In this document: positions 10,111 through 20,452 of the stretch, one piece after another
Numbering within the stretch: the first letter of the stretch is position 1
How the letters are laid out: each line of letters begins with the position of its first letter
From: a virus
Lineage: Duplodnaviria; Caudoviricetes
DNA length: 64,000 bases
IMG/VR virus record: IMGVR_UViG_3300027838_000002
Coordinates: 1-64,000 of that record
Strand: one strand, 5' to 3'
Made by a program: the position numbers and the translations under genes
Notes under the pieces: model-generated
Told to the model about the DNA's origin: nothing
The model's database searches: none
What the model saw: the letters and a program-made list of their open reading frames with translations, nothing else

Positions 10111-10256
10111 CACTTCTTGTCGCGACACTCGCGCTTCCACGAAGTCTTGTCACAGTAGCTCCAGCCTTTGTTGAGAAAGCGCTTGATAACCACATCATCG
10201 TCCTGGGTCTTGTTCTTGACCCGCTTGAAATCACTTCCCTTGCGCAATGTCTTCAT
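10110..10256 (-). CDS. small basic hypothetical protein (48 aa)
   Basis: MKTLRKGSDFKRVKNKTQDDDVVIKRFLNKGWSYCDKTSWKRECRDKK; TGATG coupling; below ORF track cutoff. Confidence 0.6.
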   Translation of the reverse strand: MKTLRKGSDFKRVKNKTQDDDVVIKRFLNKGWSYCDKTSWKRECRDKK

Positions 10257-10394
10257 CGGTGTCTTCCTTCTTCTCTGTTGGTGCTTCACGGAACCGGTCC
10301 AAGTGGTCTTCGTAGTCTTCCCACATGATCTGTCGGTCCAACGCGCTCTCTTCCGAATAATTATTCGGGTTTGGTGGAATGAACATTCTCGTCC

Positions 10395-10541
10395 TCACTC
10401 ATCTTCAATCTCCGCTTCAAGTTCACTAACAATATAAGCCAATTTACAACTGACACTGTTAGGAATGGGTGCTTCAACAATCATTACATTTAAATCGCTA
10501 ATAACATCACCAACGGTTTTATATTCGCCAACGCTACTCAT
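10395..10541 (-). CDS. hypothetical protein
   Basis: MSSVGEY start overlapping upstream stop. Confidence 0.45.
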   Translation of the reverse strand: MSSVGEYKTVGDVISDLNVMIVEAPIPNSVSCKLAYIVSELEAEIEDE

Positions 10542-10884
10542 CTTCAATGCCTGCTTCGTCACCAGTAGCAGCGTGCGCTTCAACAAAAGCCACGGCACGC
10601 CCACTGAGCGCCTCAACCAGTTCTTCGGTCGTGTATCCCTTTGTAGCCTGGTCACGCATGGACTCAACAACGATTCGACGGATGGTCTCCTGCTCTTCTA
10701 CGTCCTCAGCGAACTCCTGCACGCACGGAAGCAGAGCCGCATGCGCCATGAAGTACAACCTCCATGAATCCAGCATGACCACCATGATCTGCTGGACCTC
10801 TTCACTGGAAGTTGCCAGCACGCGGGCCTTTTCTGCAGCCGCGCCCAGGGCATCATCTTCCGATGGTTGCGCGTCGTCGCTCAT
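10534..10884 (-). CDS. hypothetical protein
   Basis: AGGAG SD, acidic 116 aa. Confidence 0.65.
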   Translation of the reverse strand: MSDDAQPSEDDALGAAAEKARVLATSSEEVQQIMVVMLDSWRLYFMAHAALLPCVQEFAEDVEEQETIRRIVVESMRDQATKGYTTEELVEALSGRAVAFVEAHAATGDEAGIEDE

Positions 10885-10983
10885 CAGTCATCTCCCTTTA
10901 ACCAGCCGAAGTAGTCGGCCAGCAGTGAAAAAATACCCAGCGCTACAATTGCCGCTACCAAATATGATCCGCTGGGCCCCAGT

Positions 10984-11256
10984 TTATTCATCATCCGTCA
11001 ACTCATCGCCGCGTTTGCGTCGCCTCTTGGCATCACTATGCCGTTCGAGGCAGGTATCACACACGCGCCGATTAACGGATTGATGCGCCCAAGCCTCTGG
11101 GCTCACTTTCTCGCGCAGGAGCGTCTCCCACGCGGTAGCGGAATTCTCGCACCTGTGGAGTAGGCCAGGAAAACCAGCACCCGCAAAACCATATACGGTC
11201 TCGCAGCGAGGTAAACCGTCCGACGTTATGTTGGAATTACTGTTGTGTACCTGCAT
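10984..11256 (-). CDS. hypothetical Cys-containing protein
   Basis: overlaps RuvC stop; CDTC motif. Confidence 0.45.
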   Translation of the reverse strand: MQVHNSNSNITSDGLPRCETVYGFAGAGFPGLLHRCENSATAWETLLREKVSPEAWAHQSVNRRVCDTCLERHSDAKRRRKRGDELTDDE

Positions 11257-11683
11257 CTTTATAATCCCGTACTCCGTATTCGGCTATCAAAAGAGCGTCA
11301 GCTACGGCATGCGTGATCTTGATATTAGGAAACAGTTCCTGCGCTTTTGACTTGGTCACGTTTTTGTCGCCCTTTGTCAGGCAACCCAGGGTGCGCTGCC
11401 ACTTGGCGGGTGTCACCGCTTCAAACGGGATCTCCGACGCTACCAACATTCCACGCAAAAACCCGTAACTGGTACCAAACTTAAAGGTGGATGAAACGCC
11501 CTGTCGAGGCATAGCAGATACGCGTTCAATGTAGGCGCAGTCAATTTTTTCACGCCATTCCTTCAAGCAATCCCAAATATCTCGCTCCGTGTTATCCAAC
11601 TTGAATACGTCGATCGCGCCTAGGCTGCCCACTAGAGCCAGCGCACCCGACTTACCTGGATCCACTCCAAGTACAGTGGTCAT
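11237..11683 (-). CDS. RuvC-like Holliday junction resolvase
   Basis: VLGVDPGKSG, AYIERV, STFKFG, VTPAKWQ, ADALLIA catalytic D/E/D. Confidence 0.9.
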   Translation of the reverse strand: MTTVLGVDPGKSGALALVGSLGAIDVFKLDNTERDIWDCLKEWREKIDCAYIERVSAMPRQGVSSTFKFGTSYGFLRGMLVASEIPFEAVTPAKWQRTLGCLTKGDKNVTKSKAQELFPNIKITHAVADALLIAEYGVRDYKDAGTQQ

Positions 11684-11698
11684 GTATGGCTCCTTTTT

Positions 11699-11917
11699 TT
11701 AGCTATCAGAGTACGGATTCCCAGTAACCGGATCATCGCCAGCACGCTTTGACCGCTGGATGTTGTCAGTGTTACAAGTAGGGCACAAACGATTAATCTT
11801 TCCGAGAGATGTAAACTCCTTATTACACTTGAGACATACGCGTTTAGTGGTCGGAAGCATCTTGAGAAGACGCGGCCGAATCGAACGGTACTGCGGATCC
11901 GGCCGCTCACTCGCCAT
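11699..11917 (-). CDS. small zinc-finger protein
   Basis: RVCLKCNKEF...NRLCPTC; paralog at 38610. Confidence 0.65.
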   Translation of the reverse strand: MASERPDPQYRSIRPRLLKMLPTTKRVCLKCNKEFTSLGKINRLCPTCNTDNIQRSKRAGDDPVTGNPYSDS

Positions 11918-12812
11918 TACCAGCTTCCTCCGCCGCTATTTCTCGATAAGTCTCAAAGAGGTGATGAGTCAACAGGCAGTCGAACCCAGCATCGTGGGCT
12001 TCACCTTCAAGCTCGAACCGCTCCATGAGCTTGTATTTGTCAGCACAGTGCTGATCAAGGTTCCACTTCACTCGCATGGGTACGTTGTATATGCGCTCTG
12101 ACCATTCCTTGATCGTGTCTCCGGGCCAGGGCAGGTTGCTGCCGGGCATCTGCGATGCCTTCTCAACCATTCCGGTATCCAGGAGCTCGTTGGCGCCGAA
12201 CTTGAAATCCTTGTTCAGGTACTGCTGGAAATGGTACCTGAGAAACTTCCCGTCGAAACTGTGGGCGTTGTGCCCAACGAAGAAGAAAGCCTCAGCTCGT
12301 GCATCCATGAACAGCTTGTAGTAGAAGTCGAGGACATGCAGTGGATCACCGCCCTCCGCCCGCATACGCTCGACGGGAACCTGATAGGTGCGACCCTTGT
12401 CTTCGAAAATTTGCACCAACCGATCCAGGCTATCCGACAGCCAGTTTTCGGTCATGACGTCCGGGTACTCGTGTAGGTCTTCGTACTGGGGGTCGTACCA
12501 ATTAAGTATGAGCCCGTCATTGGCAACTCGCTTGCGATCCTTGACAACGCAATGCCCAATTTGCGTGATCAAGTCGTGGTACCCTTTCACGTGCGCCTTG
12601 TTACCGAAGACAGTCCCGGTGGTTTCCAGGTCGAAAACTATGTAGTTGTCTGGGAAATTGCCGACAGCATCGTTGAAATCGGCAAACCATGTACCTAACA
12701 CCATTCGGATTACCTCTTCCTGAGGACTAAGCTCTGCCCTGTGCCTGCTCCGAACAACTGCCCGCTTAGCTGCTTCCAGCAGCCCTGTCAGCTTTTGTTG
12801 ATTCAATGTCAT
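11907..12812 (-). CDS. DEDDh 3'-5' exonuclease (DnaQ-like)
   Basis: VFDLETTG, VGHNAHSFD, LLDT, AHDAGFD. Confidence 0.9.
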   Translation of the reverse strand: MTLNQQKLTGLLEAAKRAVVRSRHRAELSPQEEVIRMVLGTWFADFNDAVGNFPDNYIVFDLETTGTVFGNKAHVKGYHDLITQIGHCVVKDRKRVANDGLILNWYDPQYEDLHEYPDVMTENWLSDSLDRLVQIFEDKGRTYQVPVERMRAEGGDPLHVLDFYYKLFMDARAEAFFFVGHNAHSFDGKFLRYHFQQYLNKDFKFGANELLDTGMVEKASQMPGSNLPWPGDTIKEWSERIYNVPMRVKWNLDQHCADKYKLMERFELEGEAHDAGFDCLLTHHLFETYREIAAEEAGNGE

Positions 12813-13254
12813 CTGTGAGTCTCGCTGCTTCAGCTACCATCGTTGCCATGTCATCACTGACCGGTGACCTGCTTCCTGCAGGGGTAATGTCGCGAACCGC
12901 GGTAAAAAACAAGCCGGTGAGCACCTGCCCAATACGGGCGCTGAGAATCAGCTGCGCGGCTGGTGGTGAGTCGAGAAAACCGGACTGATCAAGCGACTCA
13001 TGCGGTGTCTCAGGCGGCTTATCAGCATCCACGAAGTGTGCAATACCGTCTGCCATCGCCTTGGCTGCTGCGCAAAGGTCGTCTTGCGTGGTTCCGGTGT
13101 ACTCCATGTAATCCGCTATCCAGGGCGGGCGCTTCTCTTCGTCATCCAACGCGGCCAGTGCTACGCGCACTATATGCGTGAAACAATACGCAATATCGCG
13201 GTTTGGCGCGTAGAACCTGGGGTCGCCGCCCTGGGGGCGCATCTGCATGCCCAT
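12766..13254 (-). CDS. hypothetical protein
   Basis: GGAG SD, 162 aa. Confidence 0.65.
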   Translation of the reverse strand: MGMQMRPQGGDPRFYAPNRDIAYCFTHIVRVALAALDDEEKRPPWIADYMEYTGTTQDDLCAAAKAMADGIAHFVDADKPPETPHESLDQSGFLDSPPAAQLILSARIGQVLTGLFFTAVRDITPAGSRSPVSDDMATMVAEAARLTDDIESTKADRAAGSS

Positions 13255-13291
13255 TGTGTGCTCCGTGCTGTGGTTTTACCTACCAGTAATT

Positions 13292-14137
13292 CTATGTGTG
13301 CGAATGCGCGCACGCAACACATAAGTCAGAACCAGCCTCAGGATCAAACCACTGGTCTGGCCCACAATTAGGGCATACCCCCTCCACGTAATCCTCTTTG
13401 TGAGTGCCGCCGGGACAGCTCGTATAACCAATTATGCACTTGTGGCACTCGTGTTCGAATCCACGAGGACAGTGCGCAGCGTGCGGCTGCTTCACCCGGT
13501 GCTTGAGGATAGCTTTGTTATGCGCCTCAAAAGAGGGGGAGCTCTCAACACGGAAAAACCCAGGATGTTCCCGGCACATATTGGGCTCCACCAACGCGTA
13601 GAACCTCATGCCAACCAGATGCATCGGGTGCGTATACGGATAGCTACGCCAGTGAGGCGTGAATCCGATGTGCTGCGAAATAGCGTAGCACGCATCATTT
13701 CCCCAGAAACGGTACACCTGTAATGGACAGGAGGTACCGGCCAATACCTGAAAACAAAACATGCAACCGAAGCGCTCGCCGGTGCTCCTACGCGGAATTG
13801 CTCTCAGTATTTGTAGCGGAATCCATTCATCACTGTGTTGTGTAGTCCAGGGCCGTACTGGTGTCCCCTCCTTAAGCCGGTCGGTGTTACCGGCCAACCT
13901 CCACGAGAGATCATTTATGCGCTCTGCTGACAACTCAACGCCAGCCAAATAACGCATGGATTCGTACATAGTATCCAGCGGAATGCCGGACGGGAGCGCA
14001 CGATGAAAAGCGCGGACAAACTGATTGAAATCGTCACCCTCCACCGTGCATGCGTAGTAGGGTATAGCCGTTTCATTTCTAAGCCTGTTACGCAGCTTGA
14101 TCACACGCTTAATAGAATATGTTTTGAAATCAGGCAT
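13292..14137 (-). CDS. hypothetical protein with Cys-rich Zn-binding C-terminus
   Basis: HCPRG..CHKC..C..CPNC..CVAC. Confidence 0.65.
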   Translation of the reverse strand: MPDFKTYSIKRVIKLRNRLRNETAIPYYACTVEGDDFNQFVRAFHRALPSGIPLDTMYESMRYLAGVELSAERINDLSWRLAGNTDRLKEGTPVRPWTTQHSDEWIPLQILRAIPRRSTGERFGCMFCFQVLAGTSCPLQVYRFWGNDACYAISQHIGFTPHWRSYPYTHPMHLVGMRFYALVEPNMCREHPGFFRVESSPSFEAHNKAILKHRVKQPHAAHCPRGFEHECHKCIIGYTSCPGGTHKEDYVEGVCPNCGPDQWFDPEAGSDLCVACAHSHT

Positions 14138-14299
14138 GGGCAATAAAACAGGGGCAAGGCCTGAGAAACAGACCCTGCCCCCGCTCTTCAATCCCGTCGA
14201 AGAGTGTCACATGACTACTCTCTAAATTTTAAACGCCTAAATGTGACCTCCTAGGTCAGGTCACGGGGCGCCAGGTGCTCACCCTTCAGGACGGGATCG

Positions 14300-14599
14300 T
14301 TAGTTCGTGCAACTACTGACTGTCTTGTACCACGCCCGGGCTTCGGGCAGGGTGCAGCTAGTTTCTGATTGATGCGCCTTAATTGCTGACCAATAGCCAG
14401 CAACACTCTTGGCCTGGTTCGACGCGCCCGTTTTTGTTTTGCGGGCCATCTTCTTGATACCGGACGACCCGGACGACCCGGTTGCCGTTGTAGTCGTCTG
14501 CGGAGAAACTGCCAGTTGAAAACCAACGGTATTCAGTTGCTCGTCAAGGCACACGCACTGTTGCATCAATGTGCCACAAAGTTGAGGAATGGTCGCCAT
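14300..14599 (-). CDS. hypothetical protein
   Basis: 99-aa ORF with low-complexity linker. Confidence 0.45.
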   Translation of the reverse strand: MATIPQLCGTLMQQCVCLDEQLNTVGFQLAVSPQTTTTATGSSGSSGIKKMARKTKTGASNQAKSVAGYWSAIKAHQSETSCTLPEARAWYKTVSSCTN

Positions 14600-14667
14600 A
14601 AGAACAAGTTCCTTGTTTGCCTGAAAAAAAAATTCAATGTCACTCTGACACTACGCACAGCTGCAGA

Positions 14668-14991
14668 TTATTCGTCAGTAAGTTTCCAAACACTCACAGG
14701 ACGTGCATGGCTGCCCTGGGCAGCCCATCCCACTCGGGTCCAACCACGATTGCGCCGAAAAACCGCGCCCATGAACCGGCGATCTACGCCAGCAACAGCT
14801 TCAGGGTGCTCCTTCTGCAACCTATCCAGCACTGCTGGACTGGTCACCACACCCAGCTGTTGGGCGATCTCCTGCGCTATCTGCGTTGCACAGGAAATCA
14901 ATTCTGCTCTCTTCTCTTCCAGTAAATTCAATGCTGCGTCTCGCGCCTCGCCGTGCGTTTGCTCAAACAGATTAAGTTGCCTTATGCGCAT
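14668..14991 (-). CDS. hypothetical (wHTH-like) protein
   Basis: RFMGAVFR...SHARPVSVW, common phage family pattern. Confidence 0.65.
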   Translation of the reverse strand: MRIRQLNLFEQTHGEARDAALNLLEEKRAELISCATQIAQEIAQQLGVVTSPAVLDRLQKEHPEAVAGVDRRFMGAVFRRNRGWTRVGWAAQGSHARPVSVWKLTDE

Positions 14992-15003
14992 TGCTCACTC
15001 CGT

Positions 15004-16110
15004 TCACTGCTTGCTGTTTTCGCAGATCTCCACTGCTTCATCGACCAAAGGCTTTATTTGCTCGATCCATGTCGTCACAATTTTCTCGCCTTGAGCGGAC
15101 ACAAGCGGAATGGAAAACTCTCTGCTTATATTTACAAGAGTCTCCATATCACCCTGCGCCCACGCTTCCAAGAGAGTAGCTCGTGACTTTGCTTCATTGC
15201 TTGCTGTCTGTGCCATCTTCCTTAGCTGCCCAAAGGTTTTCAAGTCATCGGACATACTTTTCACGAGATTCAGTAGAAGATCATTGATCTCCTCCAACCT
15301 CGCCTTTTCTGGTGTGTATGCATTTGATGCCAGGACCGCCGATGAGGCGTACCCCGTGGTAATTGCATCGTAAATTTGCTTCGTCACACCAGGCTCGTAG
15401 TCGACACCTATTCGCTTTTGATCCACTCCCCTGCGGGGGGCGCGGCTCTCACGACCTGTGCCGTCTGCATTAATTGCTACGTCAGCACTGTACCGTTGCA
15501 CGCTGAGGCCCTGTTGGTACATCAACGCACTGAGCATCATATCTCCGCCACAGTGATCGATAGCCTGTACTGGCCAATCGAAACGGTTGATCACATCCAA
15601 TGCCAAACACCACCAACCACCGGTAACAAACGATATCTTCTTAGCCGTCGGCTTACCGGTGTACCAGGACTGATCCTCTATCCACTGCTTCTGGTTGCCT
15701 TCAAGCCCAATCGAATAAGTCGACCCGATCATGGACGCCGAATCCATCATGTCATGGATCTGCGCCCAGTTCTGGGAGTCGAACGTGGGCTTCAAGTACG
15801 AGTCATCGTCGAACCACATCACGAATGGGGTCGTGATGGGGTTCGACGCGTCGTGAAACATCCGACGCATCATGGGATACTTTCGGATGTTATCTGGGGA
15901 GCTGTATATGTTGCGCTCCTCCAGGACTCCTTTGACTTGGAGTCCTCGGATAAGCTCCCGCGTCACCGATTCCGCTGAAACGTCGTTTATGCCGACGCGC
16001 AGCTCGTACTCACCAGCAGGGAGTTGGTCACGGATAGACTCCAAGCACCGACGATGCAAAACGTGATACTCGTCAGCGTACAGGAGTACGGCTACAGTGC
16101 AGCTTGGCAT
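15004..16110 (-). CDS. GT2-like (GT-A) glycosyltransferase with C-terminal helical extension
   Basis: RRCLESI, MWFDDDSY (DxD), GGDMML. Confidence 0.75.
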   Translation of the reverse strand: MPSCTVAVLLYADEYHVLHRRCLESIRDQLPAGEYELRVGINDVSAESVTRELIRGLQVKGVLEERNIYSSPDNIRKYPMMRRMFHDASNPITTPFVMWFDDDSYLKPTFDSQNWAQIHDMMDSASMIGSTYSIGLEGNQKQWIEDQSWYTGKPTAKKISFVTGGWWCLALDVINRFDWPVQAIDHCGGDMMLSALMYQQGLSVQRYSADVAINADGTGRESRAPRRGVDQKRIGVDYEPGVTKQIYDAITTGYASSAVLASNAYTPEKARLEEINDLLLNLVKSMSDDLKTFGQLRKMAQTASNEAKSRATLLEAWAQGDMETLVNISREFSIPLVSAQGEKIVTTWIEQIKPLVDEAVEICENSKQ

Positions 16111-16113
16111 AGC

Positions 16114-16320
16114 TCATTCAGCCATTGCTGTCACATCCTCTGCGCGGGGCCCCTTATCTCCTTGGCCCTCGCTGAAGGAAACGCGCTGACCTTCATACAG
16201 GTCATCGAAACTCACGCCCTGTAAAGCTGATACGTGAAAGAAAATCTCTTTACTGGCCTGGTCTGATTTAATGAAACCAAAACCGCGGTCAGTAAGCTTT
16301 GTGATCTCGCCAAAAGCCAT
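16114..16320 (-). CDS. csp: cold-shock domain protein
   Basis: RNP1 RGFGFI, RNP2 IFFHVS, GDKGPRA. Confidence 0.95.
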   Translation of the reverse strand: MAFGEITKLTDRGFGFIKSDQASKEIFFHVSALQGVSFDDLYEGQRVSFSEGQGDKGPRAEDVTAMAE

Positions 16321-16350
16321 GCCACTATATCCTCATCCTTGTCACGAAAT

Positions 16351-16462
16351 AAACACAGTCATCTTGTTACAAGCTACAACCTTGGTTACGCACCTGTGGC
16401 GTGTTACTGACCAGAAGTAAGGCTAGACGCAACATCTTTGGTACCCGCCAATCAACTGGTTA
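16351..16462 (-). ncRNA. degenerate TIGR-like array (3 units)
   Basis: 37-nt period kept (tgttacaagc/tggttacgcac/tgttactgac/aggctagacgc/tggtacccgc/tggtta); starts at stop of 16460 ORF. Confidence 0.65.
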
Positions 16463-17383
16463 CTGATTTCGACGGGCTCGTCGTAGTGCGCGCCGCGCTA
16501 CGCTTGTTGCCTCCTGCATCTCATCAGTTGTCTCTGTTGTCTCTGTTGAATTATCTTCCTCATCATCTGCCTGCGGGTCAAGAGCCGCGTTAACTGTTTC
16601 TCGAATACGGTTGCCTCGACTGGCGTTTGCCGTAGCCAAAGCAGCCAGTCTTTCCATTGTGATAATTACCTGATCCAGCTTTTCAGCAATTTGATCACCG
16701 TATTCCTCTGTGGGCATGGCCTCCAGCGATGCCAGGACGGAGTCATCTTCCCCGGCCCACACCGACGCGTTCTGCCTCTCCCACTTCTCGCAAACGGTTG
16801 TCATCTGATCTAGCCCGGCTGCGATAGTACGCGGCTGCTGGTAAGCGCGGCCGGGAGAGTTTGCCGGTCGCTGGTTAGCTGTATTCATATCTTTGACCAG
16901 CTTACCCAGCTCACGAGTTGAAAGGTTTTCCTGGCCAACTCGCTGCTGTAACTCCTCGCGTACGGTCTTATCGTGTATCGCTAGGAGAGTGGTGGTGTGC
17001 GTCCATGAAATGCCGATTTCTCGTAGCGCGTCGAACTCTGACTGTGTGTACTGCTGAGCGAAATCCAGGCACTTGTAGATAAGGCTCTCACCAATTGACC
17101 AAGCAGCCACCAATTTATCGATAGGCGCAGGTCCGTACGTTTCTTCGTTAGACGTCTCAATACTCGACAACTTGTTGCCAAGCGCGTAGTAGAAATCAAG
17201 GGTTTCCTTGAACTGCACCTCGGCGGTATCCAACATCTCGTCGTACTGCTGACGCAAATCTTCGTTCATCGAACGGATAGCGTCAATCTTCGCGTGATAC
17301 AGCTCCTGGGCCTCCGCACTGAGCTGCTCGACTGCCTCGGTCGTCTTCTCGTACTTAGCCAGTGGGTTCTCGTTCTTTGCCAT
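16460..17383 (-). CDS. DUF1016-N/ParB-HTH-like protein
   Basis: ISWTHTTTLL...ENLSTREL resembles LSWSHY...WSVREL. Confidence 0.55.
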   Translation of the reverse strand: MAKNENPLAKYEKTTEAVEQLSAEAQELYHAKIDAIRSMNEDLRQQYDEMLDTAEVQFKETLDFYYALGNKLSSIETSNEETYGPAPIDKLVAAWSIGESLIYKCLDFAQQYTQSEFDALREIGISWTHTTTLLAIHDKTVREELQQRVGQENLSTRELGKLVKDMNTANQRPANSPGRAYQQPRTIAAGLDQMTTVCEKWERQNASVWAGEDDSVLASLEAMPTEEYGDQIAEKLDQVIITMERLAALATANASRGNRIRETVNAALDPQADDEEDNSTETTETTDEMQEATSVARRALRRARRNQ

Positions 17384-18549
17384 TACTCCACTCCTGTTCG
17401 AACCATATAGTCGTGTGCCGTGCGCTCAACTCCCTCCCGCACCGGGATGGATAAACGTTGTGCTTCACGGGTTATAGCGTTGTACACATCAAACTGGGTA
17501 CGCTCCCGTATGACGCTATTACGGTGCGTAAGGTATTCCACATCGGTGTCAGGCTCCGCGCCGTAACTACCCACGTACACAGAGTGCTTAACAATATTTC
17601 GTGCCATGGCGTTGGTTACGGCCTTGGTATCGTATCGCAGGGATTGCGCCAGTGATTCCATTTGTCTCTTTAAAGCACCAGGCGTCTCGGGATCAAGGTC
17701 CAGGGTGCGCTTTGACATGGCTACCAAGGATGCACGTAGACGCGCGCTGTCGGTATCTGTCAGCAGTACCGACGAAACCAGATGGGACAGCTTGGCGGCA
17801 AAATCCTTACCCGTGTGAAACTGTCTCCCCGCCTCCTTAAGGTGGATCAGAGAACCAGTCCCGTCAAGCGCGCGGTAGATCAACGGCGCAGCGCGTACGC
17901 TGGCGTCGCCAGATTCACTGTTCGCAAAATGGTAACCGTAATAGAAGGCATCAGGCTCCTCGCCGTCTATCGTGATTAGTTCCTCTGTGTGCGTGTAACG
18001 CAGCATCAAGTGCCTGCCAGCTACCAGGCCTTCACAAAATTCCGTATCGACAGTGTCACCCAGCATGTCCTGTATCATCTGAAAGAGAGTCAGATTTTCA
18101 AGATACTGCGTCTTGGGCCCTAGCAATCCCTCTATGTGCCCATCCCGTTCATTGACGACAATCTGACACAAGGACAGGTCATCATCGAAACGTAGGTCCA
18201 CAATCGCGTTGAAAATACGGATGGCCTCTTTCTGCGAGAACGCCTCCCTAGAACTACGCGGCCTACGGTTGATACCGGCAATATTGGGCACCAGCAGCGA
18301 CAAGCCTGGTGCCACCGCCTGCGCCACGGAGTTGAACGCCGGAACGGTGTACCGGTTACCGTGCACCCTAGTCGTCCCGTTTGACTTCAGCATTAGCTCA
18401 TCAGCAGAGGATGGGGGGTAAATGACAGTACCCTCATCCGTCTCACGCAATTCCCGCTCCAGTTTGATTGGGCACGAGAACGACTTTTTACGGGGCTTCA
18501 CGTACAGACTAAGGCTATCCGTGCTGCTCCCACTCGTTACTGATGGCAT
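17383..18549 (-). CDS. DUF932-like protein
   Basis: FANSESGDASVRAAPLIYR, TQFDVYNAIT. Confidence 0.55.
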   Translation of the reverse strand: MPSVTSGSSTDSLSLYVKPRKKSFSCPIKLERELRETDEGTVIYPPSSADELMLKSNGTTRVHGNRYTVPAFNSVAQAVAPGLSLLVPNIAGINRRPRSSREAFSQKEAIRIFNAIVDLRFDDDLSLCQIVVNERDGHIEGLLGPKTQYLENLTLFQMIQDMLGDTVDTEFCEGLVAGRHLMLRYTHTEELITIDGEEPDAFYYGYHFANSESGDASVRAAPLIYRALDGTGSLIHLKEAGRQFHTGKDFAAKLSHLVSSVLLTDTDSARLRASLVAMSKRTLDLDPETPGALKRQMESLAQSLRYDTKAVTNAMARNIVKHSVYVGSYGAEPDTDVEYLTHRNSVIRERTQFDVYNAITREAQRLSIPVREGVERTAHDYMVRTGVE

Positions 18550-19063
18550 GAAGCAAAAAATCCAACTCGTCGTACGCGTATGTAACCCGCGGACTGACGT
18601 TACCGATCGTACGGGTAATTCTAGTCCACGATGTGCCTATGTCGATCAACTCTTCGTCAATCATGTAGTTGTGTAGCACCATGGTAGCTATCCCGGGCCA
18701 CCTGAAAATAACCCCGAACGCTTCCGATCGTGGATCAACGTCTAGTTCTTCGCAGGCGGACTCATACGCACGGAACGCCGTGGTCCGGGTGAACGATTTG
18801 TATATGTCCTCAACCAACATGTCCCGCAACCAATAGGCTTTTCTGGCTGTCAACCTGACGGGAAAGCTGGGGTACTCGTCATGAAACCACTCAAAGTTGA
18901 GGTCCCTGCGCCCCGTCGCCTCCTGGCAACGTTGGCGCAGGTTCTCAAGGTTGTAGATCAATCCGGTTTTCTGCATGACCTTCTTGACCATGCCGTCTTC
19001 CATTGACTGCTTGGTCCAGTTGCCTGCAGGCTCCTCGACTACATCATCCCACCCTACCATCAA
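18515..19063 (-). CDS. hypothetical protein
   Basis: coupled to RecA-like gene. Confidence 0.65.
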   Translation of the reverse strand: MMVGWDDVVEEPAGNWTKQSMEDGMVKKVMQKTGLIYNLENLRQRCQEATGRRDLNFEWFHDEYPSFPVRLTARKAYWLRDMLVEDIYKSFTRTTAFRAYESACEELDVDPRSEAFGVIFRWPGIATMVLHNYMIDEELIDIGTSWTRITRTIGNVSPRVTYAYDELDFLLHAISNEWEQHG

Positions 19064-20445
19064 ATATCCGCCAAATCCTCAGCGTCGCTGGGATCAAAAG
19101 CAGCTTCCTCAGTAGTTTCTGGTGGAAGCAGCGTACCAATGGTATCAGCAATATCTGCTGACGTATTGACAGACTTACCATACATGGTTGGGTCAGGTGG
19201 CCCACCTGCTGGACCTGGGTTATCGACCATGTTCACGTAATCCTGCCCAAACTTAAACGCGCGGCGTTGTCGAATTCCCAGGATCTTATAAAGCTCCAGG
19301 AGGATATCCGGACGATCATACTCGATAATCCTGTAGGCATCGGCAAACGAAGCCGGTGACTCTTCCGAGATGCCGAGCTCGCGGGACCACACACGCCGCT
19401 TACTGAGCTGCGGGTGCAGGTCGACGACCTCGTTGATGCGCTTCCACACCGTCTTCTTGTCCTTGGCTTGCTGCACCAGCAACGCCATGGACGCGTCATC
19501 CCAGTCGAAGAGATGCTTCTGGATACGCAAACCCGTGGCAGGATCATCTTCCCACCACCAACGGAACACCACGTCGATCGTAATGCGACCTGGGCCCAAA
19601 GAGTTCTTCCTCGTTTGAATCCGAAGGTTGACGCCGCCCTCATCGATCTTCTGGATATCACGGACGCGCACCATTTCGAATTCGAACGTTTCCATGAAGG
19701 CAATAGCCTTGCCACCCGGCTTGTTACGGATAACAGCTCCGGTACGTGGATCGTTCGTCTTCTTGAGGTGCTGGATACCGATCACGGTAAACGGCCAGTC
19801 AATCAAGTAGGTCGGGAGTGCCTGCAAGTACTTCGTCGTGTGCAGTGCGACATTGGAGTACCCGCGTTCCGCATGCCCTACCTTGTTGATTTTGACGAAG
19901 TCTTCCTGTGATGCCTTGGCACTGAGAGAATCAACACCGAAAACACAGGGAATAGCGCGCCCGGGACCGCCAGACTTATTGCAGTACTTCTTCGCAGCAT
20001 CGATGGAGTAGGTCAGCACCTGCTGCCACTCCTCGACATTCTGAGTCTGTACTGCCCGGAACTTCCTGTTGAGAAAGTCATTATTGTGATCCCAAAGACC
20101 CTCCCGAATGTCAGGTGAGTCTTTGGTCTCGTTCTCAACCAACATCGCCAGCCCGCCATAAACGAGGTGCCAACGCATGATCTCGAACATGAGCGAAGAC
20201 TTGCAGCTCTCCTGTAGTCCGTTAATCGTAGTAATCCGACCCAGCGGGAACACGTCCTGCTGAATCAGGTACCGGAACGCCAGCCCCGGCATGGGAAGAC
20301 CCACGAGACGTCTAACGATTTCCTCCTGGCTGCGAATCCTGTCACCACCCAGCTCAACCTTGAGCGAGTCGCACATCGCGGCCAACATTCCATCTTCTGC
20401 CGTTTTATGGGTCTCCGATGGCGTAACAGATTTCTTTCTGCCCAT
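19060..20445 (-). CDS. recA: RecA/UvsX-like recombinase
   Basis: FPLGRITTINGLQESCKSS (variant Walker A), GVDSLS Walker B, PGGKAIAF, KNSLG. Confidence 0.85.
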   Translation of the reverse strand: MGRKKSVTPSETHKTAEDGMLAAMCDSLKVELGGDRIRSQEEIVRRLVGLPMPGLAFRYLIQQDVFPLGRITTINGLQESCKSSLMFEIMRWHLVYGGLAMLVENETKDSPDIREGLWDHNNDFLNRKFRAVQTQNVEEWQQVLTYSIDAAKKYCNKSGGPGRAIPCVFGVDSLSAKASQEDFVKINKVGHAERGYSNVALHTTKYLQALPTYLIDWPFTVIGIQHLKKTNDPRTGAVIRNKPGGKAIAFMETFEFEMVRVRDIQKIDEGGVNLRIQTRKNSLGPGRITIDVVFRWWWEDDPATGLRIQKHLFDWDDASMALLVQQAKDKKTVWKRINEVVDLHPQLSKRRVWSRELGISEESPASFADAYRIIEYDRPDILLELYKILGIRQRRAFKFGQDYVNMVDNPGPAGGPPDPTMYGKSVNTSADIADTIGTLLPPETTEEAAFDPSDAEDLADI

Positions 20446-20452
20446 GATATCC

